From: Geosiphon pyriformis uo1 | Lineage: Eukaryota > Fungi > Glomeromycota | Assembly (NCBI GenBank): GCA_016748015.1 | Contig: JAAOMT010000761.1 | Location: 111,331-175,330 of the forward strand | DNA length: 64,000 nucleotides | Direction of reading: 5' to 3' | In this document: one piece after another, positions 50,809 to 62,500 of the stretch | Layout of the letters: each line of letters begins with the position of its first letter | Numbering within the stretch: position 1 is the stretch's first letter | Made by a program: the position numbers and the translations under genes | The notes under the pieces: model-generated | What the model saw: only the letters and a program-made list of their open reading frames with translations | Databases searched by the model: none | Told to the model about the DNA's origin: nothing

Positions 50809-52194
50809 TTAAGTGTTCAAGTTGGAAGGTTGTTCAATGACAAATATTGGTTCTAAGTTTTGGGGAATATCTTCAGGATTGACTAAAAAGGAATGTGTAC
50901 CAATTTGTGAAATTAATAGTTCAGGATTGTTTCTGGAATGATAATGTTTTAAACGATCTCTATGTGCAACTTTTGCTAGGATTTTGTCATCAAGTCTTAA
51001 CTTGTATAATCTATTGCCTAGTATTTCATGGATAAAGAATGATCCATCCCATTTATTTTCAAATTTTCCACTCCATTGTTTTTTAGCTTTAGTTCTGTGT
51101 AGAAAAACTTTGTTTCCAATTTTAAAATTATTAGTAACTGGAGGCAATTTGTTGTCATGCCATTCTTTTTGTTGAGTTTGGGAGTATTCAATATGGGTGG
51201 CTGCTATTTGTTGTTTTCCTTTCAACGTGCTGAGAAGTGTGTAGGCTCTTCGTTGAAGCGTTTCTTGGAAATTGTTTTTATCGATTGGTTGTGCTGGGTA
51301 TGTTTCTACTGTGAAACTAATTGGTAGTGTTGCTGTCCTTCCATAAGTTAAATCAAATAGTGTGTGTTTTGTAGTATCTTATTTTAGTGTTCTGTATGCT
51401 AGTAACACTAATGGAATAAAGATATCCCACTCTTGCTCAAAATCGGTTGAGACTTTGGCTAATAATTCACACAATGTTCTGTTAAAATGTTTCACAAGTT
51501 CGTTTGTTTGTGGATGGTAGGGCGAAGACAGAGGTCTTTTGACATTGAATTGTTCGCAAATTTCTTGTATCAGGTTGTTCACAAAATGTGTCCTCTGATC
51601 GGATAAAAGTTCAATTGGACATCCATGTCTACAAATAATGTCTTCGTAGATGAAATTTGCTACTGATTTTGCATCTGCTTATTGAATGGCTCTGGCTTTG
51701 GGCCATTTAGTAAGATAGTCTACTGCTACTACAATATAACGGTTTCCTTGAGTGGTAATAGATAGTGGTCCAACTAAATTGATATCAACTCAGTCAAAAG
51801 GTTGTCCAACTTTGATTAGATTTAATGGTTCAGTAGGGCGTGTTTCTTCTCTTCTTTAACAACTATCACAAGATTTGACATATTTGTGAATGTCTTTTCT
51901 CATTCAAGGCCAAAAGTAGTATTCTAGTGTTTTTTGGGTGGTGTTGTCTTTTTCAAAGTGTGCTAATAAAGAATCTGAGTGCATGTTATATAACATAGTC
52001 TCTTTTTCTTGTTTTTGTATTAATCTGAGTGGCTTGTCTGGGTTTTTGAAATTTCGATGATAAATAATGTTGTTGTGTAGAAAATATTGTTTAACTTGTT
52101 GTTGTAATTGATGTTTTTTATCTGGAGATCAATCTGTTGGGATTTTTAATGTTTCCAAATATTATTTGAGATGGTTGTAGTTTTTCAAATTCAT
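50809..52194 (-). pseudogene. Integrase of C, as a separate ORF with its own ATG
   Basis: Begins MNLKNYNHL. Contains the HHCC finger, DINLVGP, LSDQRTHF, SSPYHPQTNELVKHFNRTL and a C-terminal WDGSF (GPF) module. Several premature stops. Confidence 0.88.
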
Positions 52195-52245
52195 TGTTTG
52201 TTGGCTGTTTTGGTTGGTTAAGTTGAGTGTTGGTTTTTGTGTTTT

Positions 52246-55200
52246 TTAATCTTGTCTTATTCTGGAGAGACAGTCAATATTGGTGTGGAGTTTTCTTGGT
52301 TTGTGATGTACTATGTATCAATAGTTTGCTAGAAATCCTGTCCATCAGGTTTGTTTTGCATTCAGCTGAGTATTTTTGTTCTGAAGCCATTTGAGTCTAA
52401 TATTATTAGTGATAATATCAAATTTCTTTAGCCAGAGATAAAGATTGAAATGATGTAGGGTCCAAATTACAGCTGCTGTTTCCAATTCAGTGGCAAAATA
52501 ATTTTTTTCAGCTGGTTTTAATGTTCTGTTAGCATAAGTAATTACTCGCTCATTTCTATTGTCATCCAATTGTGATAGGATAGCACCAAAGGCAGTATAA
52601 GAGACATCTGTTACTAATTGGAATCAGTTGCTGAAATCTGGATAGGCAAGAATTGGAGCTGTCATTAGTTTTTTTTTGAGGATTTCAAATGTATTTTGGC
52701 ATTCAGCAGTCCATTTGTATTTGACATTTTTAGTGGTAAGCTGGTTGAGAGGTTTTGTGATTTCTGAGAATTCTTTGATAAACTTCCGATAATAGGAGGC
52801 TAACCCTATGAATCCTCTTAGTTCTATAGTGTTTTGAGGAGTTTTGAAGTTCTTGACAGTGCTAATTTTTCCAGGGTCCGGTTTGATTCCATCTTTACTA
52901 ACGATATGACCAAGAAAGACCAAGCTTGTTTTTCTAAAGTAGCATTTTTCAATGTTGAGTTTTAGTCTTGCTTTTCATAATCATTGAAAAACTTCTTGCA
53001 GGTGTTTTAAGTGTAATTCAAATGATGGAGAATAAACATCAGTATTGTCAAAATAAACGACTACTGACTTCCAAAGGAGTCTTTGGTACACAACATCCAT
53101 TAATCTCTGAAACATTGCTGATGTATTGCATAATCCGAAAGGCATTACATTAAATTTGTAATTTCTGCCTTGGGTGGTGAATGCTGTTTTGGGGCGATCT
53201 TTGGGATCCATAGCAACTTATTAGTAACCGCTTTCTAAATCTAGTGTTGAAAAGTATTTGGATTTTCCAAGGGCATCTAACATGTTATCAATTTGGGGAA
53301 AAAGATAAGGATCTTCAATTGTAACTCTGTTGAGTTGTCAATAGTCAACCCAAAATTGTATCTTTCCATTTTTTTTTTTTAACTAAAACCACAGATGAGG
53401 CCCATGGACTCATTGATGATTAAATAAGCCCATTGTTGAACATCCATTGTACTTCTTCTCAGATAAATTGGTGATTTTCTGGAGCAACTTGGTAGATTTA
53501 TTGTCGCCTTGGTTTGGCATCTCCTGTGTAAATTTGATGTTGAACCAAATCGGTTCTTCCTAAGTCATTGTTGTTTTCAGCAAAGATATTAGCAAATTCT
53601 ACAATTAACTTTTTGAGCTGGTTTTGTTGTGGTTCAAGTTGTCCCATGTTGATTCGAGATAGTTTTTCCATGACAACATGATAGTTTTCAGAGCTGGGGT
53701 TTGGGTTGATTTTTGGTAGTGAATGTCCAATAATTTCAGAGAAATTGGGAACTGTTTGAAGTAATTCTTGTTAAAAGATATTACTGTAAATTACTCCAAT
53801 TTCAAAGTTGTTTAATAAAACTATGGGATAATTATTGGGATTGTAAAAAGTAACTTGGACTTTTTTTGTTCCTTCTGGAATATAAATGTTTGGAATTGAG
53901 ATATTATGTTTCAAGCAGACTTGTTTGTTGGATTCAAAAATTTGTTGTGTAGTTGTTGGCTTTGGACAGGTATAGATTTCCGGATGTTCTCCAAAAAGTG
54001 AAATGGTAATTGGTTGTGGAAGTCATAAAATTTGGTGAGATTTTTTCTGTTCATTGAGGGCTATGTTTACTGGAACTGTGAATCATCCAGTTGAACCAAA
54101 ACCTTGGGTTTCTCTATCACTTTTTTCTAATTGTTCTCTTTGATTGACTAGTTGCAAACCCGAAATGTTGATTAGGAGTAGGTAAATGGCTTGGGCAATT
54201 TTTTCAGCATGTTCAATCTTAAACGGCTTGTCAGTTTTGTTTTAGAGTATTACTGTTATGTCACCAGTATATCCCGCATCAATTATTCCTCCTCTGACAT
54301 TGATTTCTTTGCTTGCCAGAGAAGACCGGGAGGCGATTTGAACCATTGCTCCTGGTGGGATTTTGAGAGCAATTTTGAAGTTGATTTTTGTGAGAGATTT
54401 GGGTTTGAGAACAAGAGTATCCTTGTCTGGATATTTTAGGTCATATCCAGCATCAATTTCATGTGCTTTTTCAGGTTTTATTCCTTGTCCATTGTTGTTG
54501 AAGTATTTGAGTTGTAAGGCAGGCTGATTTTTGATGAGATAAATGGGTGTTGTTTTAATTTTTTCTATTGCTTCAGGTTCTCCAAATTCAATTTTGTTTT
54601 CATCATTTTCACTGGGCAAAAAGATGCTAAGAGCATAGCATTTAGGACACCACTGTTTATCACAAGGCATAATGTATTTTTTACATAGTCTAATGTTCAT
54701 TTGCTCTAATTGTTGAATTTGAGCTTCTTGGGTTGGGTAGGTATGACTTGCAATTTGGTGGTAGACTTCTATTTCATCTTCATAATCAAATCCAGCTAAT
54801 TCTATGGTGTATTCAATGTATTCTGTTTTCTTCATTTAATGAACATCTTCTTTGGTAGCTCCATTAATTAATGTCATTGCTAGGTCGAAAATCATCTCAG
54901 CATCATGGGGGTAGTGATAGAGTTTGTTTAGAGCACTATTATATGCTGCATTAAAAGGTGTTCCTCTTTTGACTTTTTCTGAAATTGATAAAGCATATTG
55001 GCAGGTTTGATTGTAGACTCCTCCTCTCATTGCTACATCAATCCAATTGCATTTTTCTGGTAACATATCTCTACAAGTCAAACAAGAAGTGTTGTATTAT
55101 TTTCCACTTTTTTTTATTAGGTGGTCCCATCGTTCCTTGTGGCAAGTCTTGCAGTAATAACAAGTATGATTTCCATATTCTTTTTCAGATAAAATGTAGG

Positions 55201-57850
55201 CTTCCATTGATAAAAGTTTTTTGTTACAATCTCTGCATTTAAGTGGAATGTAGGGTGATTGTTTTCGTGGTTCTGGTGTAAAATATCAAACTTTCTTCCA
55301 TCCTCTGGATTTTTTAAAGATTTCCTGTTCTGTTTTCTCAGCCCAATTGGATGTTGATCCAAGAGCCATGAATGTTTCAATTATTGGTTTTTCTTCTTCT
55401 GTTTTGAATTCAAAAGCCGGGACTTTTTCAGAGCATTTGTTGAATGTACCACAAATGGCAGGTACTCAGACATGTTGTCCTTGGTAAGAGATTTGTAGTT
55501 CTTGGGTTTCCCAATCTAATTTTGCATTGGCTTTTTGAAGCCAGTTGTTTCCGACAAGAGCTTGATACTGGGGAGCATCCATTACAAGAACTTTGACTGG
55601 AATAATGATTTCATCAAAAATGAACAGAAAATTGTCAATTTCTCCTACGGGAGTCTTTTTCATGCCATCAGCAGTAATGATTACTGTCTGAGCTGGTTGG
55701 TTAACATTTCTCTTTAACTGTTGCATCAACTGGTAGGTGATAATGCTTCTGGCAAATCCACTGTTTAGAATTAAGCGAATTGCTTTTCCTTCAACTTCTG
55801 CTTTAGTGTACATAGTAGTAATTGCTTTTTGTTCGTTGGCGGCTGCATTACTAAGCAGGAATAGTGACTCATTTGCTTTGAACTCAAAAGGGAATATATC
55901 TGAAAAGTTGGCATTTTCAGCAATTCTGGTTGGTGGGATTGTAGTAGGAGTATAGGAAAGATTTTGTTGTTGTGCTGCAACTCTACCTTCCGAGAGTACA
56001 GTATGATGAAAATTCTGTTCTTCTGGCATTGTTAAATAACTGGGTTGAATGTGATAGTGATTGGGTCTTGGTTGAGTGAAATTTTAGAGAACCAATTGGT
56101 TGTTCGAACTAATTCTATTGTTGTTTACTTGGTATCAGTTTTGTGGTGTGAATTGATTTTGTGTAATCAACCTTCGAGCAGATACTTGATAATGTTGTGT
56201 AGGTGGTTGTTGGTATTGCTGTTGGATTGGCTGTAGAACAGGCTGATAATAGTTATTTTGGTATTGAGGTCTTGATGGATAGTAAGCTGGTGATGGTGGT
56301 TGATAATAAAATTGCTGTGGTGGAGAGTAATATTGATTATTCCTATTTTGTTGGTTTCATTATAGCTTTCTGCAATCTTTTTTCCAGTGGCCAGAGATTC
56401 CACAGTAATGGCAATTCTAAGACTGGTTATTAGAAAGTAATGTAAAGTTATTTTGATTTCGTCTTTGGGGTGGTTAATATCTTTAGAGTTGCTGTTGTTG
56501 TTGATTGGTGAAATAGTTTTCAACCTTTTTTGTGAGTTGGTCAATTTTTTCCTCAGCTGCTGAGCTGGTTTCTCCAATTGGCCTCTTCCATGGCCATTTC
56601 GTATCTTTTTGCATGCTATATGGCAGAGTTTAAATCTTCTGGAACATGTGGGCAAATCTTTTTAATTAGTTTATCTTTTAGACCAGCAATAAATTGATCC
56701 AAAATTTGAGCATTGGAATAATAATCATTTGTTTTGAGTTGGTGAATTTGTTTAAGAAGTTTGTTGAATTTCCTAATATAAGTTATAACAGATTCAGAGG
56801 ATTCTTGTTTGATATTGTGAAACCAATTTCAAAAAGTGATGGAGGTATTATTGTTGGTAAACTGTTCAAGGAAGGCTGCTTTGAAAGCATCTCAATTATT
56901 GAATAGAGCGGCCAAATTTTCAACCTATTCTTCTGCTATTCCTTCGAAAAAATAGGAAATTGTTCTTAATATTCTGATAGCATTCCATCTATTTGCATCT
57001 CCAGCTTTAGTAACTTGGTCGAGCCATTCTTGGGGACTGGTTTCAATGTCTTTTCCATTAAATTCAGGAATTTTTACAATGTATGCTGTCATTTCATCTT
57101 CTTCATTTTTACTGTCTATTGATTTTTCTTCAGTTATTTCAGAGTCATTTTCTTCGTTCGCTGCTGTTTCAGAGTGTTCACTTTGATTTTCAGCTAGAAA
57201 ATCAAGAAGATTGAAACTAGTTTGAAGGAGTTCTTGCTATCTGGTGGGACTTCTGAGTGATGTAAAATCTTCTGGTCTTGCAAATTGATTCAAGGGCGAA
57301 TTAAGTGTTTGTGCTTGTGCAAGTAAAGCTGAAAAAGATGTGATGGTGAGTGGAAGTTTTAAACTGGTTCCTTGTTCAGATGTTTGTAAGTGTTTGGCAG
57401 TTGTTTTTGGTAGTATTGGAGTATTTGGAGTGGTTTTTGAGTATTGCTTCAATTTGTGTTTGCCTTTATTGCTTGTTTCTGTCTTTGATTCAAAATTAAT
57501 AGAGTATTAAGACTGCACTGGATATGTTTCTTCACAGTACTTGATAATGTTAAAATTAAGTTTTTGAAAGTAAGTGGCAAGTGTTTCACTGTTAAGATCT
57601 TCAGTTTTTAACTGTGAATAGTGTGCTAAATTATTGTAAAGGTTGCTTTTAATTTCTGAAATATTGTAATTTCCAAAAAGATAATTGTTGATGTGGTTTT
57701 CAATGTATTGGTATACTGATTTCTTGACAACTTCAATTTCATCTGGAATGTTGAATCTTTGCTTACAGTGGATGTAAATTGACTGGTAATACTCTAGAGT
57801 TGTTGCGTCTGGTGTGGTCACTACTTTGAATTTGTTGTTGTTGTGTTATT
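52246..57850 (-). pseudogene. Fused Gag-PR-Cys-rich-dUTPase-RT-RNase H ORF of C (~1870 codons, decayed)
   Basis: Capsid (IPEFNG..SPQEWL), CCHC knuckle CHYCGISGHWKKDC, PR LILNSGF, dUTPase DAGYDL/SRSS/GIIDAGYTG/QGFGSTG, RT MPFGL/YFDN, RNase H TDVS..GAILSQ/ELETAA/DCLSR. Gag reads into PR in the same frame. Confidence 0.9.
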
Positions 57851-57867
57851 TTTATGGAAGAACACCA
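57850..57867 (-). promoter_or_regulatory. Primer-binding-site-like sequence of C
   Basis: TGGTGTTCTTCC... begins 2 nt after the 5' LTR end, and the same site is present in B1 and B3. The priming tRNA could not be identified by eye. Confidence 0.7.
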
Positions 57868-57869
57868 AA

Positions 57870-58853
57870 TGTTACCAGAGATTTTTGGCCTCTTTTCTTG
57901 AATGTTATTGATGCCTGTTTACTGTGAATTCACATTTTCTGGATGTGGTTGAACCTCCAGTAACTGAATTTATCTCCAAATTATTTCCTATAATTTGAAC
58001 TACTGGGCTTATAAGTGGAATGGCCAATTCCATGCCAGTTACTTTATATAGTTACATTGTAGTAAATGTCAACTCTTTCCCAAGAATTGCTCATCTGGAA
58101 GCTCACTAAATATGTGTAGTTACTTTGCTGTGAAAGTCAACTCTTCTATAGGAATCTCGTCTGTAGGCTACCCTAATAATTATAATAAGAAAAGAAAAGA
58201 AAATAAAAGAAATGTAAAAAAAAAGTAAAAACTGATTTATGGAAGTCATTTTGAATCCAGACCTGGAAGTGCTTTAACAGTTTACTGAAATTGGTAGCTA
58301 GTCAATTTCAAACTGTTAGTAGGAATTGGTTAATTTCAAGGGAAATAATTTAAGAATTTGGCTTTTCAAATTATTTGATATTTATTTTGTCTTTTGTATG
58401 TAAAGGATTATTTTAATTGTTTAAATCTGAAGTAAGATACATTTTCTCGAAAAGAGAAGCTCTTCTTTTATACAACTTGTCATAACACTATTCTATGAAC
58501 TTGAACTTTGCTATTTTCTACAATTTCACTGAACTAAAGATACATTGTGGTGAACTACAAGTTATTTCTGCAAACTATTAGATATTTTGGTAAACTATTA
58601 ATTATTTTGGCAAATTTTTACAAATTTTGGCAAACTTTTTGAATGTTACATAGTTCAGAGTATTTCATTATTAATCATCACAATTAGGTTATATTTGTGT
58701 TATATACAAATTGGGTTATTAATTAAATGATAATTTCAGACATTTTGCTAATGTAATAAGTAATAATTTGAAATGATAATATATGCTAATTAATGATTAG
58801 AATTATAAAGATAATTTTATGCTAAATAATATCTCTAATTTTGTCTGGTAACA
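57870..58853 (-). repeat. 5' LTR of C
   Basis: Direct repeat of 48992-49975, followed by TSD TTGT. Confidence 0.95.
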
Positions 58854-59593
58854 TTGTAAAGTTTTTTGTATAATGAACAGAGATTTAACTGATAATTTTA
58901 TCCATAGCTTCCTAAAACCACAGTTTCATCAATTTTTTTCTTAGCATGATGACCAGCAATTTTTCTGGTAAGATATCCTCAATCCTGAGTGTCTATTCTT
59001 ATTTCTGGGTCTTTTACCAGTGCTATATCTTAACGTTAGTACCTCCACATGTGAATTTTTTTAATCAAGTTAGTAAACAAAAGAAATAACAAAAGAAAAA
59101 TAAAAGAAAAAAAAATAAAGAATAAGCCAAGGCAATAATAGTTAGTATCTTGTTAATAGCTGTGATCAAGAGCTATTGTTCCAGCATGTTTAAGTATTAA
59201 AGACTATCAACATGAAATATTAATAGTGAAAAATGGATTGGGATATTGAATAGTTATTTATTAATAATTGTAAATTAGAAAGTTGCTTAGATCAAATTTA
59301 AACTGAGAGGTCTGTCTTTTTTATTTTTAATACTACCACTATATATACATAATTGAAATTTCTTAATTTCTTGATTCCTCACACCAGAAATCCGGAAATT
59401 CTTAGAATCCTGCAATTTCTTTTGAGAGGAATTTTGGAATTTTGGAATCCTGCAATTCCTTATGTAAGAATTCTGAAATTCTTGGAATCCTGTAATTTTT
59501 TTTGAGAGAAATCCTAGAATTTTACATCTACTGTGCCTACTTCTGATTGGCTAATTTATATGCTAATATACTTTTTATATTTTATGAGTAACA

Positions 59594-62500
59594 TTATTCT
59601 CTCTTTTTTAATATTGAGCTCTATTGAGATCTCCTAACTCTAATTCTCTATCTTTGAGTATTTCCTGAACTTCTTTTTCAAAAATTATTTGTATTATCTT
59701 GTTCTGTAATTTTTCAAATTGGGCATTGGTTATTTTTCCTATTTGGTTTACTGTAATGACATCCATTTCTGAATTAAGTAAAATTTCTGGTTTGTCTTGA
59801 AATCCAATATATAGCCAATAGATAGCTCTTGCTTGTGTAGTCAAATTGTTTTTTCCTACAAATTGTTTCAGTTATTGCAGTATAGTTGTGTCAAATAATT
59901 GTTTTGTTTTATTCATGTATAAGTTCTGAATGTTCAAGTGTCATTCCAAGTAGAAGTAACAAAAGTTCTTTGAAAATTCGAGTATCTACTATTTCCAAGT
60001 TTTTTTGGTTAACTCCTGATATGTGGTGACATTTATTGGTTTTTCTATTGCTAATTTTATTTTCAGAATTATTTTGTAAATAGTGTTTTCTGTTTTTCTT
60101 TGAATTTTGTATTTGGGTATCTTTCTAGTATCTTGGTATTAAATAGTTTATTGATTGATAGTAATTTCTATATTCTGTTGTTGAATTAATTAGAATAGTT
60201 GTTGTGCTAATAAGTAGATGTTATCAGTAATCTCCATTTTTCTGAAGTCTTCCATTGCATTTTATTATGTTTTTATATACTCTTTTATTGTTCAATTTTA
60301 TGTGTTTGATCCAATAATTATAATTGATTCCAGATCTCATAGAATTTCATCTGGTTGGACTAGTATTTGCTGTACTCCCAGTTGTGAAATATTACTTGTG
60401 AAAGGTGCCACTATATAGTAATATGGTTTTAGTTGATCATTATGTGCTGCTTTGGTTAAAATTTTGTTGTTTAATTTTAATTTATAAGCTCCATTTCCTA
60501 GAATTTCTTCTATATAAAATGGTCCATTCTATTTGGAGTCAAATTTTCCACTCTATTGTTTTTCCACTTTAGTGCAATATAGAAGTACTTTGTTTTTAAT
60601 TTTGAATTCAACTGGTTTTTCTGGTAATTAGTTATCATGTTTTTTTTTTTGTTTTTTTTGTGACTTTTGGATGTTATCAACTGTTTTCTGCTGTTTGTTT
60701 TCTAGTGTTATTATCAAGTCATATGTTCTTCTTAGCAATGTTTCCTGAAAATTGTCTTCAGTTATTGGTTCTGTTAGATAAGTGTTGACTTTTATCTTAA
60801 CTGGTAATATTGCTGTTCTATTATATACTAATTCAAATAGTGTTGCTTGTGTAGTGTTTTACTTTATTGTTCAATAAGCAAATAATACTAATAATATAAA
60901 CAAATTACATTTGTCCTGGTTTTCTTGGCTGATTTTTGCTATTGCTTTACACAATATTCTGTTAAACCTTTCAATTAAACCATTTGTTTGTAGATAGTAT
61001 AGAGATGATAATAGTCTTTTTATTCTAAATCTTTGATTTAATTCTGTCAATGTTCTGTTTACAAAGTGGGTTTTTTGATCAGATAGTAGTTTTTTTGAAT
61101 ATTCATGTTGACAGATCAAATCTTAATAAACAAATTTGGCAATAAATTCTGCATCTGCTCTTTAAATGGCTTTTGCTTCTGGCTATTTTGTAAGATAGTC
61201 TATGGCTATTGCAATATATCTGTTGTTTCTACTAGTTATTGTTAATGGTCTGACTAAATCAATTCCAATGTGATCAAATAGTTGTCCCACTTTGATCAGT
61301 CTTAATGGTTTATTGGATCTTGTTTCTTCTCTTCTTTGATAAGCATCACAATTTTGAACATATTGAATGATATCTGGATACATTGATGGCCAATAATATT
61401 TTTTTCTGGTTCTTTTCATGGTTGCTTCTTTATGAAAATGTCCTGCTGTTGAATCTGAGTGTATGTTGAATAATATTGTCTCTTTCTCTGGTTCTGTGAT
61501 TACTCTGGTTGGTTGATCTGGATTTTTTTTGTTCTTCTAGTAAAGTATATTTTGATGGTTAATAAAATATTTTGATTGTTGTTTTATGTTCTTTTGTTCT
61601 TTTTGAGATAATTTTTCTTTGAACAATTGGGTATTTATATAATGTTGGAGTTGTTAATATTTTTGTATATTCATCTTTTGTTATATTTTTGGTTTTGAAA
61701 TGTTTTTAGATTTGTCTCATTTGGGACAATCCGTCAGCATTTTCATTGTCTTTTCCCTTTTTATAATGTACTGTAAATGTATATGGTGATAGTGCTATTT
61801 TCTATCTTGTATGGCAATCATCTCCAAATTTTTGCTTCTGGATTGAAGTCGATCCATATATACTTCAAACTTTTGGCTTAAGTATTTTTTTCATTTTATG
61901 ACTGCTCAATAAATCACTAGATGTTCTAATGCTGGTATTCCATAGTTCTTTTTAGCTGAACTCAAACTTCAGCTGGCATATGCTACTGGATGTTCTCTTC
62001 CATTTGGTTTTCTCTGTGATAGCACTGCTTCTAATACTTGGCCAAACACATTAATGATGATAATAAATAGTTTACTGTAGTCTGAATAGATTAGTACTGG
62101 AGCTTGAATAAGCTTTCTTCTCAGTGTGTTAAACACTTTTTGTTGAGCTTCTGTCTATTTATACTTTACACTCTTAGTTTGTAGATGATGAAGTGGCTGT
62201 GCCAGTTTTGAAAAATCTTTGATAAAACAGCAATAATATCCTACAAATTCTAAGAATGCTTTTAGTTCTGTCAAGTCAGTTGGTACTAGAAAGTTCTTTA
62301 CTATTGTGATCTTATCTGGATTCATTTTAATACCATCTTGGCTTACAACATGTCCCAAAAACTTGAGTTCTGGTTTTCTAAAGAAGCATTTGTTGGCATT
62401 TAGTTTTAATTTTGTTCATTTGAGTCTTTTAAATACTTGTTGAAGATAATGCAGATGATTATCAAATGTTTTTGAGAACACATTGGTGTCATTTAAGTAT

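Larger units (their letters stand above)
48992..58853 (-). mobile_element. Gypsy copy C: structurally complete 9862-bp LTR retrotransposon (best preserved, still inactivated by stops)
   Basis: 984-bp LTRs at 48992-49975 and 57870-58853, each with 10-bp TIRs TGTTACCAGA/TCTGGTAACA. Perfect 4-bp TSD TTGT, PBS and PPT. Domains: gag-PR-Cys-rich-dUTPase-RT-RH, IN, ORF3. Confidence 0.97.
48880..59593 (-). repeat. 3' LTR of copy D (~848 bp), split into 48880-48991 and 58858-59593 by insertion of copy C
   Basis: Minus-strand start TGTTACTC at 59593 follows the PPT AAAAAAGAGAGAATAA; the end ...TTGTAACA is at 48880. The joined halves match the uninterrupted copy at 5681-6248. Confidence 0.88.
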
